IMG/VR virus record: IMGVR_UViG_3300042256_000025
Length of the DNA stretch: 64,000 nucleotides
Origin: a virus
Lineage: Duplodnaviria; Caudoviricetes
Strand: one strand, 5' to 3'
The notes under the pieces are model-generated. The model ran no database searches. It had not been told where the DNA came from and was given only the letters and a program-made list of their open reading frames with translations. Shown piece by piece: positions 20,000 through 29,857 of the stretch (its first letter is position 1; the number at the start of each line of letters is the position of its first letter). Both the position numbers and the translations under genes were made by a program.

Positions 20000-20383
20000 T
20001 CATTCAGTTTTAGCGCCACTTTCATTGTCAAGGGGATAGTCTTTTAACTTCTCCAGTCCATTTTGAATAAGTAAATCGGCCAGTGAATCTTCACGCATGC
20101 CTTCGGGCGACATTAGATATACGTCTGCTACATAACGCCCATAAACACCAAGTTTATGTGTTACAATAATAACGTCTTTACCTTCGATAAGGCTACGAAC
20201 AAAGTCAGTGGCTTCCTTACCGTGTGTCCGTTCTGCCTCACAGGAAGGGCGATAGGTTTCAGGGGTATCCACACCGTTTAATCGAAAGGTGTGTTCAATT
20301 GTAATGGAGAAGCCAACGTCCACCGAAAGTACATAAGTGTCTCCATCAATGGTTCTCAACACCTTAGCTTTATACTCATACAT
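20000..20383 (-). CDS. thermonuclease (SNase-like)
   Basis: MYEYKAKVLRTIDGDT, RLNGVDTPE, YGRYVADV; ATG 20383 behind GAGGA (the longer ORF-track start runs through a terminator). Confidence 0.85.
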   Translation of the reverse strand: MYEYKAKVLRTIDGDTYVLSVDVGFSITIEHTFRLNGVDTPETYRPSCEAERTHGKEATDFVRSLIEGKDVIIVTHKLGVYGRYVADVYLMSPEGMREDSLADLLIQNGLEKLKDYPLDNESGAKTE

Positions 20384-20465
20384 GTTAAAATCCTCAGTTA
20401 GGTACAGAGGATCTAAAGAAAAAAAAAAGAACCGTATCCACCCACCCGAAGGCGGGTGAATTAAA

Positions 20466-20615
20466 TCAGTCGTCATCGGGTCCATTGTTGTAATAGGCTA
20501 TATCCTCATCTTGAGCCTCTACATCAAGCTCATCTTCGTCTTCCATTTCTTCCTCATCATCAAATGGGAAACAACCCTTACGCAGGGTAAGGTATTCTTT
20601 TTCAAAGTCTTTCAT
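20466..20615 (-). CDS. 49-aa highly acidic protein
   Basis: AAGGAGG RBS; MKDFEKEYLTLRKGCFPFDDEEEMEDEDELDVEAQDEDIAYYNNGPDDD; hairpins on both sides; not in ORF track. Confidence 0.65.
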   Translation of the reverse strand: MKDFEKEYLTLRKGCFPFDDEEEMEDEDELDVEAQDEDIAYYNNGPDDD

Positions 20616-20675
20616 TACTATCCTCCTTATGTGTTTAAAGAGTGCCCACCCCCCTGAAGGGAGTGGGGGTATAGT

Positions 20676-21077
20676 TTACCCTACCAGCATACGGCTGATT
20701 TCAGCCTGAGCTTCAGAGAGGAGTTCCTCACCGGTCAGGGTACGCTCTACACCGCTAACCATGGACCATTCGCCGTCCTCGGTGTTCTTATGGAGGGAGT
20801 GGTTGACTTCCACTCCGGGACCCATGTGAAAAGTACCGGTCACAAGGTCCGCATCCGGATTATCCTTAAGGTAGGACTCGGTTGCTGTACCCAGCGCTTT
20901 TGCACTGGATACGATGTAGTCTGACTCGTACTGGCGTACGGCAGTCACCACTTCAGGGGTAACGTCTTCAGGGGCATTGGACCAGAATGCCCCTTCATCA
21001 ATCTCAACACTACCGTCAGTAACGGTGGTAAGTTCGGTCAGGGCGGCTGTCAGGTTCTTAATGGTATCGTTAGACAT
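20676..21077 (-). CDS. acidic hypothetical protein, probably early
   Basis: 133 aa, GGAG RBS, directly behind CCTATATTAC at 21135-21144. Confidence 0.8.
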   Translation of the reverse strand: MSNDTIKNLTAALTELTTVTDGSVEIDEGAFWSNAPEDVTPEVVTAVRQYESDYIVSSAKALGTATESYLKDNPDADLVTGTFHMGPGVEVNHSLHKNTEDGEWSMVSGVERTLTGEELLSEAQAEISRMLVG

Positions 21078-21134
21078 TGTTTTCTCCGTTAAATGTCATT
21101 GGTGAGAAGAGTATAGTGCACTGTACTCCCCTAA

Positions 21135-21144
21135 GTAATATAGG
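21135..21144 (-). promoter_or_regulatory. phiKZ-type early promoter CCTATATTAC
   Basis: Intergenic copy about 58 nt upstream of the 133-aa gene. Confidence 0.7.
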
Positions 21145-21161
21145 GGTGAACTATTATTGAA

Positions 21162-21629
21162 TTACGATAGGCAGCCGGCACGGCGCACTTGAACAAGGGT
21201 CAGGTGCTCCAGTAGTAGCAGTATCACCAGATACGGTGCGGCCTTTAACTCTTCCAGGATTTGGCGACTGAGGGTAGGCCCTGGGTTGGTGTAGTGGATT
21301 ACGGAGGCCTCTGCAAATTGCTCTGCGATTACCTGTAAACCTTTACTGCCAACCCTGACACTCAATCGACCATAGAGCAATCTAAGGTCTTGGATAGTGT
21401 CGTCGGTTAGTCCAGATAAGAAACGGCCATAGAGTACCTCATCCCCTAGGATCGCGAGGAGGGAGGGTGTACCGGCCGCCAGGGCATAAAGGCTACGGAC
21501 ATGTGTTTGTAGGGGTGTGGTCTTTAGTTTACGAAGTGTGGCCCTGGATGCAAACGCAGCCTCTAATATCTCCGTCAGTATCTCGGTTACCTGGTTGAGG
21601 TCAACGTCGACGTCATTACGTTTAATCAT
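21162..21629 (-). CDS. hypothetical protein
   Basis: 155-aa ORF overlapping the upstream gene. Confidence 0.7.
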   Translation of the reverse strand: MIKRNDVDVDLNQVTEILTEILEAAFASRATLRKLKTTPLQTHVRSLYALAAGTPSLLAILGDEVLYGRFLSGLTDDTIQDLRLLYGRLSVRVGSKGLQVIAEQFAEASVIHYTNPGPTLSRQILEELKAAPYLVILLLLEHLTLVQVRRAGCLS

Positions 21630-22137
21630 GGTGGGACTCAGGTGAGTTACGGTGACGTAAAAGGAAGCGTTGCTGCTGGTGTATTAAAGCAGGGGCACCC
21701 GTTACAACGATTGAGGCTAGACACCCAAGCTGTAATATCATAAGTGGCCAGTAGTAGCTGAAATCCTTTGCTAGAAGGGACAGGGTAGGCAACATCGTGA
21801 TCGTAAATAGACTTACAATCAGATACTCATAAAGACACCCCTTCACCGTATCCTGAATGGGTTCACGCTCGCCAATGGAGAGCACAAAATACGGGTTAAC
21901 CAATACCAGTACCGATAGTGCGATGACGTAGACTGGATGCGTAATGCCGGGTATATAAAGCATCGCCATTGCCAAGAAAAAGGAATTGACCAATACGTTG
22001 GTTAACAATAGTCCCATATGTGGCTTTAAACCAGGGTGTGCGACATCTTTAGGGGCGTAGATGTACGCAAGTCCCCAACCAATGACGTTAAAATAGATAA
22101 GCAGCTGTATAGCGGCCGTTGTTTCAATTGCGCTCAT
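21622..22137 (-). CDS. multi-pass membrane protein
   Basis: About five hydrophobic segments; ATG 22137 behind GAGGTG, right after the sbcC stop. Confidence 0.65.
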   Translation of the reverse strand: MSAIETTAAIQLLIYFNVIGWGLAYIYAPKDVAHPGLKPHMGLLLTNVLVNSFFLAMAMLYIPGITHPVYVIALSVLVLVNPYFVLSIGEREPIQDTVKGCLYEYLIVSLFTITMLPTLSLLAKDFSYYWPLMILQLGCLASIVVTGAPALIHQQQRFLLRHRNSPESHHD

Positions 22138-22144
22138 ATGCACC

Positions 22145-24601
22145 TCAATAGTAGCGAAGGGTGGCGTGGTTGTTATAGTCTCTAGGTACCACGATGTTTT
22201 GGGGTGATAAAACCAAGGTATCGGCATTGGCCAATCCACCGTATTCAGATGAGAAGTGATTTACCATGAAAAGCTGTTCACATTGCCGGGTGTCCAGCAT
22301 ATGTTTAACATACTGCATAAACCGGCCTCGGTGTGTATGGTCAAATGCTGCACCGACCTCATCCAGAAATAAAGGATATTGGCTCAGCCCTTTATATGCC
22401 AGCAGGACAACCGTGAAGGCAAAATTAATCACTTCTTGTTGTCCCTTTGAGGTTAACCCTATATCCGGTACAACCTCATCCTCGACACGGACAGGGAACT
22501 TATAATCCAGTTTTCCCTTTTCGATGCCGCAGGGCAGGACCGACAGATCGTACTCCCAGATTGCACCGATCACTCGATTCATTTGGGAGACAAAGTCATT
22601 AATAAAGCCCTGCATCTGCTCAGCGATAAAACCATCCTTAGGTGAAAGCTCGTTCAGTAGCAGACTATACGCTTCCCGTTTACCCCTGAGCTCCTTTACA
22701 TCCCCCTCGAGACGACTGATATGGTCCTCTAAATGCTTGGCTTTATTTACCCGCTCCGATATGCCATACAGTTCAGCCTCTAGTGTTTTAAGTTGCTCCT
22801 CCACACCTTGATAGCCAATGGCATTGCCATAGTCTGCAAAGGCTTCTCCCGCCTCTCCGACTGCGGCCTCAATCTCCGTGTGTAACGCCGTGAGCGTTTT
22901 AAATGTCGTAATCAGGGATTTAGTTTCATTCAGTTCAGCCTGTAACGTACGCTGTAATTTGAGAATATCCTCATACCGCGCTTCTAGAGCAGTGGCTTGT
23001 TCCTGTACATCCAGTCGACCCGCATCCTCAATCGTTTTAAGGGTCCCCTCAATATCGAGCTTACGTTTAATCAGCGTCTGATAATTAGCCTGTACCTCTA
23101 GCGTACGTCGATCACTGTCCAAGCGATCTACCACGGTACGTAGGTCGGCCTCAATATCCACCAATGACACGTATCCCAGTGTTTGGAGATAGTCCATTAC
23201 TGCAGGCTCTGCATCCAGTACCCGTTTAATACGGTTAACGACCTGTACGTAGTTACGGTAACCGGTCAATACGGATTCCTGCTCAGCAAGCTGCATGGAG
23301 AGGGTCTCCGCACGCTTACCCAAGGCTTCCACAGCATCCACCAATGCACTGAACCCAGCATCATCTAGTGCCCGTGCCGGATATACCTTTGTACTGCAAT
23401 TTGGACAGGTTAGTGCACCTGAGCGATGATGCTCCGCATGAACCAAACGTTCCTGCTCCACCTTAAGTTGCTCACCTGTCTTTAGGTGTTCAGCCGCCAG
23501 TGCACGGCAGGTATCCTGTTGTGCGAGTAAGGTCGGGCGATCGCAGGGTTGATACTGATCGGGATAATCGATTGCAATGTCGTAGAGGGCCTTAGCGACA
23601 TAATGTATCGGTCGGATAAGGTCTACAGAAACGTCTAGGGCTTTGGGTGTCCCCATTTTCTCCAGTGACGTTTCAATTTCCTTAAGCTCACGTCGAAGTC
23701 GATCGGTACCCGCATCGGTATTCTCCACCATCGCCTTATGTTTGTTCAGCTCATCCAGTTGCATCAGCACAGAGCGTGCTTCACCTTCTAACTGATGGTA
23801 CTGTTCGGTAAGTCCAGACCGTCTTTCCAGTGCAGCGCCATAACTGCGTAGTCCGCCATTGGTGATGGACTTAACATCCTTCGCCTGTCGGATATACGCC
23901 AACAGCTCATCCCGTACCCTCAGTACCCGTTCACTGTACCTGGACATATCCACTTTCACATTTAAAGAATGAGGACGCAGGGCGAAGATCGCTTGCTCTA
24001 AAACTGTATAGCGTTGAGCGGCCATTTCTCGATCTTCAATTAAACCGAGTTCCCGATGCAGTGATTCGATTTTGGTCTCTAGATGCTTGATGGCTCCAGT
24101 GGTGTCTCTCTGCCCCGTACGCAGGCGATCGTACAAACCTAGGGCGTATGTTAGGTCTAGATGTGAAATCGACATGAGGACGTCCTGACGCTGTGCAGGC
24201 CCCATCTGTGTAAAGTGGGTTTCCTGTAGGAGCAGCTTCTGTAGCTCCGCTGTGTACTGTAGCTCCCGTTCCATGTGTTCTTTATAGACAGGCGCTACCG
24301 CATCTTCACACAAGGGTTGTCCATCACAGATAAAGGTATGCTTAGCACTGCGGCTGTGTATCTTAGAGATACCAATATACTGCTTTCCCTGATGCTCCAT
24401 ATGAATCTCTTTATAGCCATCTTTGGTAAAATCACCCGGTGAAATCGGCATAGGGTTAAGTTGTCTAAGAAGGCTACTTTTACCTGACCCATTCGTGCCG
24501 AGTATAAGCTGCAAGAGTGAGTCAAGCTGTACATCAATTTCCTTAATCATGGATAGGGCTAAATTACGGTACCCATGTAAGACCAGCCGTGTAATGCGCA
24601 T
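22145..24601 (-). CDS. sbcC: SbcC/Rad50 SMC-family ATPase (phiKZ gp165-like)
   Basis: Walker A GTNGSGKS, coiled coils, zinc hook CPNC, signature TSKGQ, Walker B LFLDE. Confidence 0.92.
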   Translation of the reverse strand: MRITRLVLHGYRNLALSMIKEIDVQLDSLLQLILGTNGSGKSSLLRQLNPMPISPGDFTKDGYKEIHMEHQGKQYIGISKIHSRSAKHTFICDGQPLCEDAVAPVYKEHMERELQYTAELQKLLLQETHFTQMGPAQRQDVLMSISHLDLTYALGLYDRLRTGQRDTTGAIKHLETKIESLHRELGLIEDREMAAQRYTVLEQAIFALRPHSLNVKVDMSRYSERVLRVRDELLAYIRQAKDVKSITNGGLRSYGAALERRSGLTEQYHQLEGEARSVLMQLDELNKHKAMVENTDAGTDRLRRELKEIETSLEKMGTPKALDVSVDLIRPIHYVAKALYDIAIDYPDQYQPCDRPTLLAQQDTCRALAAEHLKTGEQLKVEQERLVHAEHHRSGALTCPNCSTKVYPARALDDAGFSALVDAVEALGKRAETLSMQLAEQESVLTGYRNYVQVVNRIKRVLDAEPAVMDYLQTLGYVSLVDIEADLRTVVDRLDSDRRTLEVQANYQTLIKRKLDIEGTLKTIEDAGRLDVQEQATALEARYEDILKLQRTLQAELNETKSLITTFKTLTALHTEIEAAVGEAGEAFADYGNAIGYQGVEEQLKTLEAELYGISERVNKAKHLEDHISRLEGDVKELRGKREAYSLLLNELSPKDGFIAEQMQGFINDFVSQMNRVIGAIWEYDLSVLPCGIEKGKLDYKFPVRVEDEVVPDIGLTSKGQQEVINFAFTVVLLAYKGLSQYPLFLDEVGAAFDHTHRGRFMQYVKHMLDTRQCEQLFMVNHFSSEYGGLANADTLVLSPQNIVVPRDYNNHATLRYY

Positions 24602-24631
24602 TCCTGCTTCCTATTGTGGTAGGTATATGGT

Positions 24632-25003
24632 TTAGTCGACCTGATCAAGAATATGCCAGCGACCCTGACTATAGCAAAGCGTAACCCAGTTATGCGTAAA
24701 GGCATCACCTTCTACGGGGGACTCTTTCTTGGTGTACGCCATACAGAGGGCCTCTTCACGGTCCTTCATCATGGACCACATACCTGTTGCTGAGCCTTTC
24801 GTATCACCCTCAAGCTTCTTACGGATCAAACGGTCCAGTACCGGATTACCCGATTCAGGTATCAAAAGCTCCAGACAGAAATATTCCTGTTTAGTGAGAC
24901 CCAGTGAGTGGCCGTTAGGGTAAACGGGACGATTGTCAGTCTGTATCTCATCGGTACGCCCTACCGGACGTCCTTGGGAGATAATGAAATTCTCATCGTT
25001 CAT
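24632..25003 (-). CDS. hypothetical protein
   Basis: 123-aa ORF with AAGGA upstream. Confidence 0.7.
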   Translation of the reverse strand: MNDENFIISQGRPVGRTDEIQTDNRPVYPNGHSLGLTKQEYFCLELLIPESGNPVLDRLIRKKLEGDTKGSATGMWSMMKDREEALCMAYTKKESPVEGDAFTHNWVTLCYSQGRWHILDQVD

Positions 25004-25112
25004 GGTTACTATCCTTTAGTGTAGTTAGATCATTGAAGGGAACAATATAATTAAATTCGAGCATAGGGTCCCCACTCCCCGAAGGGAGTGGGGGCGTTGC
25101 TAGTGCTAGCGG

Positions 25113-25403
25113 TTAAAGGTGAATGCAAAGACCCACAATGACCGGCAGGACTGAGACAACAGGGATGGCCAAATAGTGTACAACCTTGTGCACAGTTTCT
25201 TCAGCCCGGTGTACCTCGTCTTTAGACACAAACGAATTGCGCCGTACCGACAGATACGTGTTGTGACGGGATAGTGGTCGTAACCCATAAAGGCGATATG
25301 TCAACTCAATGAGCAGGGGGTGGTTATCGTTTACCCATGCCCGCAGTGCAAACCATACGACCAGACTCGCCACGATTGAAATCGCAAGAACCATCGATTC
25401 CAT
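25113..25403 (-). CDS. small membrane protein
   Basis: 96 aa with hydrophobic N- and C-terminal segments; GAGGAGG RBS. Confidence 0.65.
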   Translation of the reverse strand: MESMVLAISIVASLVVWFALRAWVNDNHPLLIELTYRLYGLRPLSRHNTYLSVRRNSFVSKDEVHRAEETVHKVVHYLAIPVVSVLPVIVGLCIHL

Positions 25404-25454
25404 GTTGGCCTCCTCGCGTCTGAGTTGCCTAGAACGGCATAGGATAAGCGCTTA

Positions 25455-26207
25455 TTACCACTTAAACCAGCTACTGTCGGCGTTGACTGTCTGTACGGTT
25501 TCCCACCCCAGTTCTGTCAGTACCCGGCTAATACCCTCACGACAATCCTCCATACCGACTCCGGCCATATCACGCGCCTTAACCATCTCGGTTCGAGGAA
25601 TAAGAATGTCCGTATCAATGGACTCCAGAGTAGGGGTCTGGTACTTATTCGCCAGACTGATGCCCGGTTCATTGACGTAATCCCAGGTCACAATGTTCGT
25701 GACATGGAGTTCCCGTCGACCCGGCCCCATGCGCTCATTCGTCAACGAGCGAATCGAGAAGGCGACATTCTCTTCTGGATTGGTCAAGGATTCGTTCAGG
25801 ACATTCCCGTAGGGACCAGAAGGCTTTACACGGCCAATACAGAGTACCACTGGACGCCCCTGTTCATCCTTAGATTCTTCCAGTCGTACTGAAGCGATGT
25901 GATGTGACACCCGATCGGATTTAATGGTTACAACACGCTGGATGAAATCAGTAAGGGATTGTCCAGGTTGAGGGGCAGGATGCTCAAACTCCCCTCGACA
26001 TTGTCCGTTGTCCAAACGACGGCGCAGGGTACCGCCTACGTCGAACATCTTTTTAACGCTGTCCAGCAGCGGATAATACTTACCCGCACTGTTGTACACA
26101 TTAAATGCACCCAGGGTATGTTCGAAGTACCCATGGTCGTCACGCTTTAGCTGTCGCTTCTTATCCCCTGCGATAATCGCACAGCTGTACTTTACACTAT
26201 CACCCAT
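25455..26207 (-). CDS. prohead (head maturation) protease (phiKZ gp175-like)
   Basis: GEFEHP (His), FSIRS (Ser), TWDYVNEPG (Asp) motifs. Confidence 0.88.
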   Translation of the reverse strand: MGDSVKYSCAIIAGDKKRQLKRDDHGYFEHTLGAFNVYNSAGKYYPLLDSVKKMFDVGGTLRRRLDNGQCRGEFEHPAPQPGQSLTDFIQRVVTIKSDRVSHHIASVRLEESKDEQGRPVVLCIGRVKPSGPYGNVLNESLTNPEENVAFSIRSLTNERMGPGRRELHVTNIVTWDYVNEPGISLANKYQTPTLESIDTDILIPRTEMVKARDMAGVGMEDCREGISRVLTELGWETVQTVNADSSWFKW

Positions 26208-26220
26208 GAGAGTGACTCCT

Positions 26221-26940
26221 TTAACTCAGCAACAGTTCTTCCACTTTCTCTAACCGTTCAGTGGGGTTCACCAGGGCGCTGGTGAGTCCCTCATTTAGGT
26301 AAGAGCCCAATAGCTTTGAGGTTGTCGAGGTGGCACCAAAGGCTACGGAGCGCAGTGGAATCATGTCAGGTTTATAGGTCCCAAGATCTGAGTCCTTTTG
26401 AATGATGTTACGGTAATACTTGGTGCGGTCGTCTGGATTACGGGCCCGCGCGGCGGTGATCATCTCTAAGATGGCACGGTCGGCATTCAGGTTCATATTG
26501 GCATGATGCTGTGCCGTGTCGAAGAGTGAACCTAGGTCCACATAATCCAAGTACCATGGCGTTTTACCCTTCGCCACAATCTCATCGTAGATATTAAAAA
26601 CCAAGGGCGCCGTGCGAACTAAGTCCAATGACGGCATGACTGTGTTGCCGGCATCAAACTTTAAGATCAAGTAATCTTCTTCTTCGATCTTAACCACATT
26701 GATTTCACTGGGTACTAAGGTCACAATCGCACAGACGTTTGAAACCGCATAGTACCCGTCCACAACCACTGCAAAGAACCCCACACAGCGAACTGCTGTT
26801 TCAATTGACCCTAACTGACCACTGGCATAGGTACGTGGGATATGGATGGATAGCGCCCGCTTAGCCACAAGGCGCCCCCCTACCTCATCCAGAGCACTAT
26901 GGACACGCGCAGCATCTCGTTTTAGTTGCGAGACATTCAT
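26221..26940 (-). CDS. conserved phiKZ-like protein (gp176-like)
   Basis: ATG 26940 behind AGGAG; KGKTPWY, KLLGSYLNEGLTSALVNP; synteny. Confidence 0.7.
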   Translation of the reverse strand: MNVSQLKRDAARVHSALDEVGGRLVAKRALSIHIPRTYASGQLGSIETAVRCVGFFAVVVDGYYAVSNVCAIVTLVPSEINVVKIEEEDYLILKFDAGNTVMPSLDLVRTAPLVFNIYDEIVAKGKTPWYLDYVDLGSLFDTAQHHANMNLNADRAILEMITAARARNPDDRTKYYRNIIQKDSDLGTYKPDMIPLRSVAFGATSTTSKLLGSYLNEGLTSALVNPTERLEKVEELLLS

Positions 26941-26951
26941 AGCGGCTCCTT

Positions 26952-28430
26952 TTATAGAGTGGCCTTCGCCATTTGTTGAACGATCCAGCGGGCTACCAGT
27001 CGGGTCGCGGCACAAAGTGCGGCCGCCTTAGTGGTAAGCTGATCATCATCCGCCATCAAACTGCGCATGGTGGTCAGAATCAAGTATGCATCGGAGTTCT
27101 CACGTCCCAACCCACAGCACACAGCCTTGAGCACGTACATGTCCAGTTGCATGGTGTGGGTGTATTCACCCTTATCCAGCATTGACATGGTGCGCTCAAT
27201 AGCAGCACGGCGTGTCAGTTCATCATCCGCAAAGGTCTCACGAATCAATGCGGTTACCTGACTGCGGACCGTACGGTTAATAGCCGCGGTGGCTTTAATG
27301 CGGCCGGTTGCCATATCGGTGCGGCGGCTGCGCATGTAGTATTGCTCAAACTGCTGAGGCGCATTATACAGCGACTGGTTCGCACCGGTAGAGGCGTAAT
27401 TATTGCGGTTTACATACGCCCAACCCAGGAAGGCTTCCGGTGTACCACCCTGTTCTTCCAACCAACGGCGGTAGGTTACAGCGTTAACCAGGTACCGTGT
27501 GGCCTCTGTAGGGCTACGACCTGCGTCTGGAGCCTGTACCAACAGTACGTTATCGGCGATCATACCAGCAACAGTTGTCAGCTGAAGGTTCAATACGTAC
27601 CCGAAGTAGTTGATTGCGTAAGCGACCTGATTACGTTCATCCGCACTCAGTGTACCTTCACCGTTTGAACCCGAACGGCCCGACTTCACACCGACCAAGA
27701 ACAGGTATGCAAAAAGTGCATTGGTGTAGGTAAAGGGATTGTCACCATTCACCCGGTTAAAGGACACCAGGTCACTCAGGCAAGTGCCGTCCATCAGCTC
27801 AGTGGGCATGCCATGGGCTTCAATGTGGGCTGTAACCAGATCATCAAAGGCGCCTGAGCCTGTTTTAATCGTGGCCTCGGCTTCTTCCAATGTCAGGTCT
27901 TTGGTTAACTTGTCTGCCAAGCGGTACGTTAAAGGTACGTCATCGTTTGCCTTCGTACGGTGACGAGTCACCATGCTTTCCAGAAAACCTGACGTAAAGA
28001 TGTCTGGCAACTCGACCATCTCAATGGCCGGATCCCCTACTTGACCTTCCAAAGCATCACGGGCAGCGGCTTCAGCTTTTTCAATGATCTCCGCCACCGC
28101 TGGGTTAATGGTGTTGCGGGCAAAGTTCAGGCTGGCCGAGACACGGTCAGATACATACTTGGCGGTCTCAACCATGAAACCTGTGTGTACCTCCACGCCA
28201 TTGGCATCCGGGCTTTGACTCTGTTTAATCAAACGTTCTTCCAGTGGCTGCAGCTCGGTAACGTCACCATCAGTAGGCACCTCTACGTCAGACTCAGCAA
28301 TAAAGTGCAGGCGAGCGGCATTGTTCATTTCCGCCAAGGGGGTACCCGGAATCGCTGTCAGCGGACAGCCTCGGTACATCTGACCATCAACCAGAGGGCG
28401 AACGTGTAGAACATCTTTAGTACGCAGCAT
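26952..28430 (-). CDS. conserved phiKZ-like protein (gp177-like)
   Basis: 492 aa between the gp176-like gene and vRNAP beta; AGGAG RBS. Confidence 0.65.
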   Translation of the reverse strand: MLRTKDVLHVRPLVDGQMYRGCPLTAIPGTPLAEMNNAARLHFIAESDVEVPTDGDVTELQPLEERLIKQSQSPDANGVEVHTGFMVETAKYVSDRVSASLNFARNTINPAVAEIIEKAEAAARDALEGQVGDPAIEMVELPDIFTSGFLESMVTRHRTKANDDVPLTYRLADKLTKDLTLEEAEATIKTGSGAFDDLVTAHIEAHGMPTELMDGTCLSDLVSFNRVNGDNPFTYTNALFAYLFLVGVKSGRSGSNGEGTLSADERNQVAYAINYFGYVLNLQLTTVAGMIADNVLLVQAPDAGRSPTEATRYLVNAVTYRRWLEEQGGTPEAFLGWAYVNRNNYASTGANQSLYNAPQQFEQYYMRSRRTDMATGRIKATAAINRTVRSQVTALIRETFADDELTRRAAIERTMSMLDKGEYTHTMQLDMYVLKAVCCGLGRENSDAYLILTTMRSLMADDDQLTTKAAALCAATRLVARWIVQQMAKATL

Positions 28431-28432
28431 GA

Positions 28433-28645
28433 TTAGGCTCCTTTTTGCAGAGCTGATTTTTCCAACTCATCCGCCAGCGCTGCGAGCAGGTAAGTATCCA
28501 CATCCACCTCAGGGACACGCGCAAGCTCATCCCCGATCAGGTTTTCAATTGCACGGCTACCCAAAGCCTGCGCATTGGCCAGGGTGAGTCGCGTCTCTTC
28601 ACGCTGCGCCGTTGTGGGCGCCTGCATGGTATCAATAATCTTCAT
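28433..28645 (-). CDS. hypothetical protein
   Basis: 70 aa from ATG 28645 behind GAGGAG. Confidence 0.6.
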   Translation of the reverse strand: MKIIDTMQAPTTAQREETRLTLANAQALGSRAIENLIGDELARVPEVDVDTYLLAALADELEKSALQKGA

Positions 28646-28749
28646 CGATGTATCTCCTCGATACGTTTTAAAATCCGGATTCTCCAGCGGGAGAAGGAGC
28701 AATAGGCCTCAAACGATTCATTCCAGTTATCCCCTATTGCCCCTATACC

Positions 28750-29857
28750 TTATTTACGATACACGTCCACTACATGTCGGTTCAGTGCCCGTAACGCTTT
28801 GTTCGTGGTTCCTACAATGGTGCAGCTATAGAGTATGCGGTTTGCCACACTCTGGTACCCAAAGATAGCATCTAAAGGTTCACCCGAGGCAGTCTCATTG
28901 CGCCCTTCCATCACACGACCTATGATGGTTTTCAGCGCGTTATCGAATACCGCTTTATCCCCTACCGCTGCCGTAATGTCATGGTCCATGTAGAACGTAA
29001 TGGCCAAGGTATTAGGCGTTAGCTTCTGCCCCCCGACAAAGGTAGGTTCGTATACCTCACCGGTTGCAGCCGGTAAACTTCCCTTATACCTAACCTCTCG
29101 CTTACGTTGGCGTGTATCCGCTTTTACAATTTCAGCTAAACTCGGATGCATGTCGTCAGGGTTTCCAAAATATACCACCTCACGACGCGTCACCTTACCA
29201 ACAAACCCGGCCTTGGGCGTTTGACTTGCAAGCTTAGACAGGCCCAGTAACGCATCGTCCCCTTTACTGAGTGTGGCTAACTCAGCCTCCTCAATCACAC
29301 ATAGCGGTACATCCAGGTCAACCTCTTCTCCGACACCCACAATGTTAGAGACGGCTTGATCGAAACGCACCAATACCGTCTTCATCTTACTGATAGGTGT
29401 GGACAGACGTTGTGAAAGCGCAGGGGAAATTGCACACCCATCCTCCAGGGTATCCGCATTCTCCATAAAGGCTACCTTAGCCATCACCCCACCCTTCATC
29501 GAGACTCCGTTTGGATTCAATCGGTCCCGTTGGAAGTAATGTGTATTCCACGTAACTGCATACCCTTCTGCGACATTATCCCCTTCTTGTAAATCCGTTA
29601 CAATTTCATGGGGCAAGACAGCACCCGCCGCTTTACCGTGTCGAATGCCCAAAGGCAGGGTAACCGTTTCACCATCCTCATACAGAACCGTTATAGAGTC
29701 ACGATTCACCTTAGTGACCTTGCCGGGTTTACTGGCAATATACGCAAAGTTATCTCCACAGCGGTCAGCAATGACCTGCTCATAGCCCGTGCGCACGGGT
29801 GTAAGCGTGGCGTCTTTAGCCGACACCATGGAGGACTGCTGCACTGATCCCAAGTTT
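28750..29857 (-). CDS. rpoB: virion RNA polymerase beta subunit (phiKZ gp178-like), exon 2
   Basis: NLGSVQQSSMV...VRTGYEQVIA, TLEDGCAIS, VGDKAVFDNALKTII; joins exon 1 in frame as DPKR-V-NLGSVQQ; spliced product 1330 aa. Confidence 0.88.

Noticed and set aside
21622-22137. Membrane protein as a holin
   Set aside because: About five transmembrane segments and no adjacent lysis gene; nothing specific supports it.
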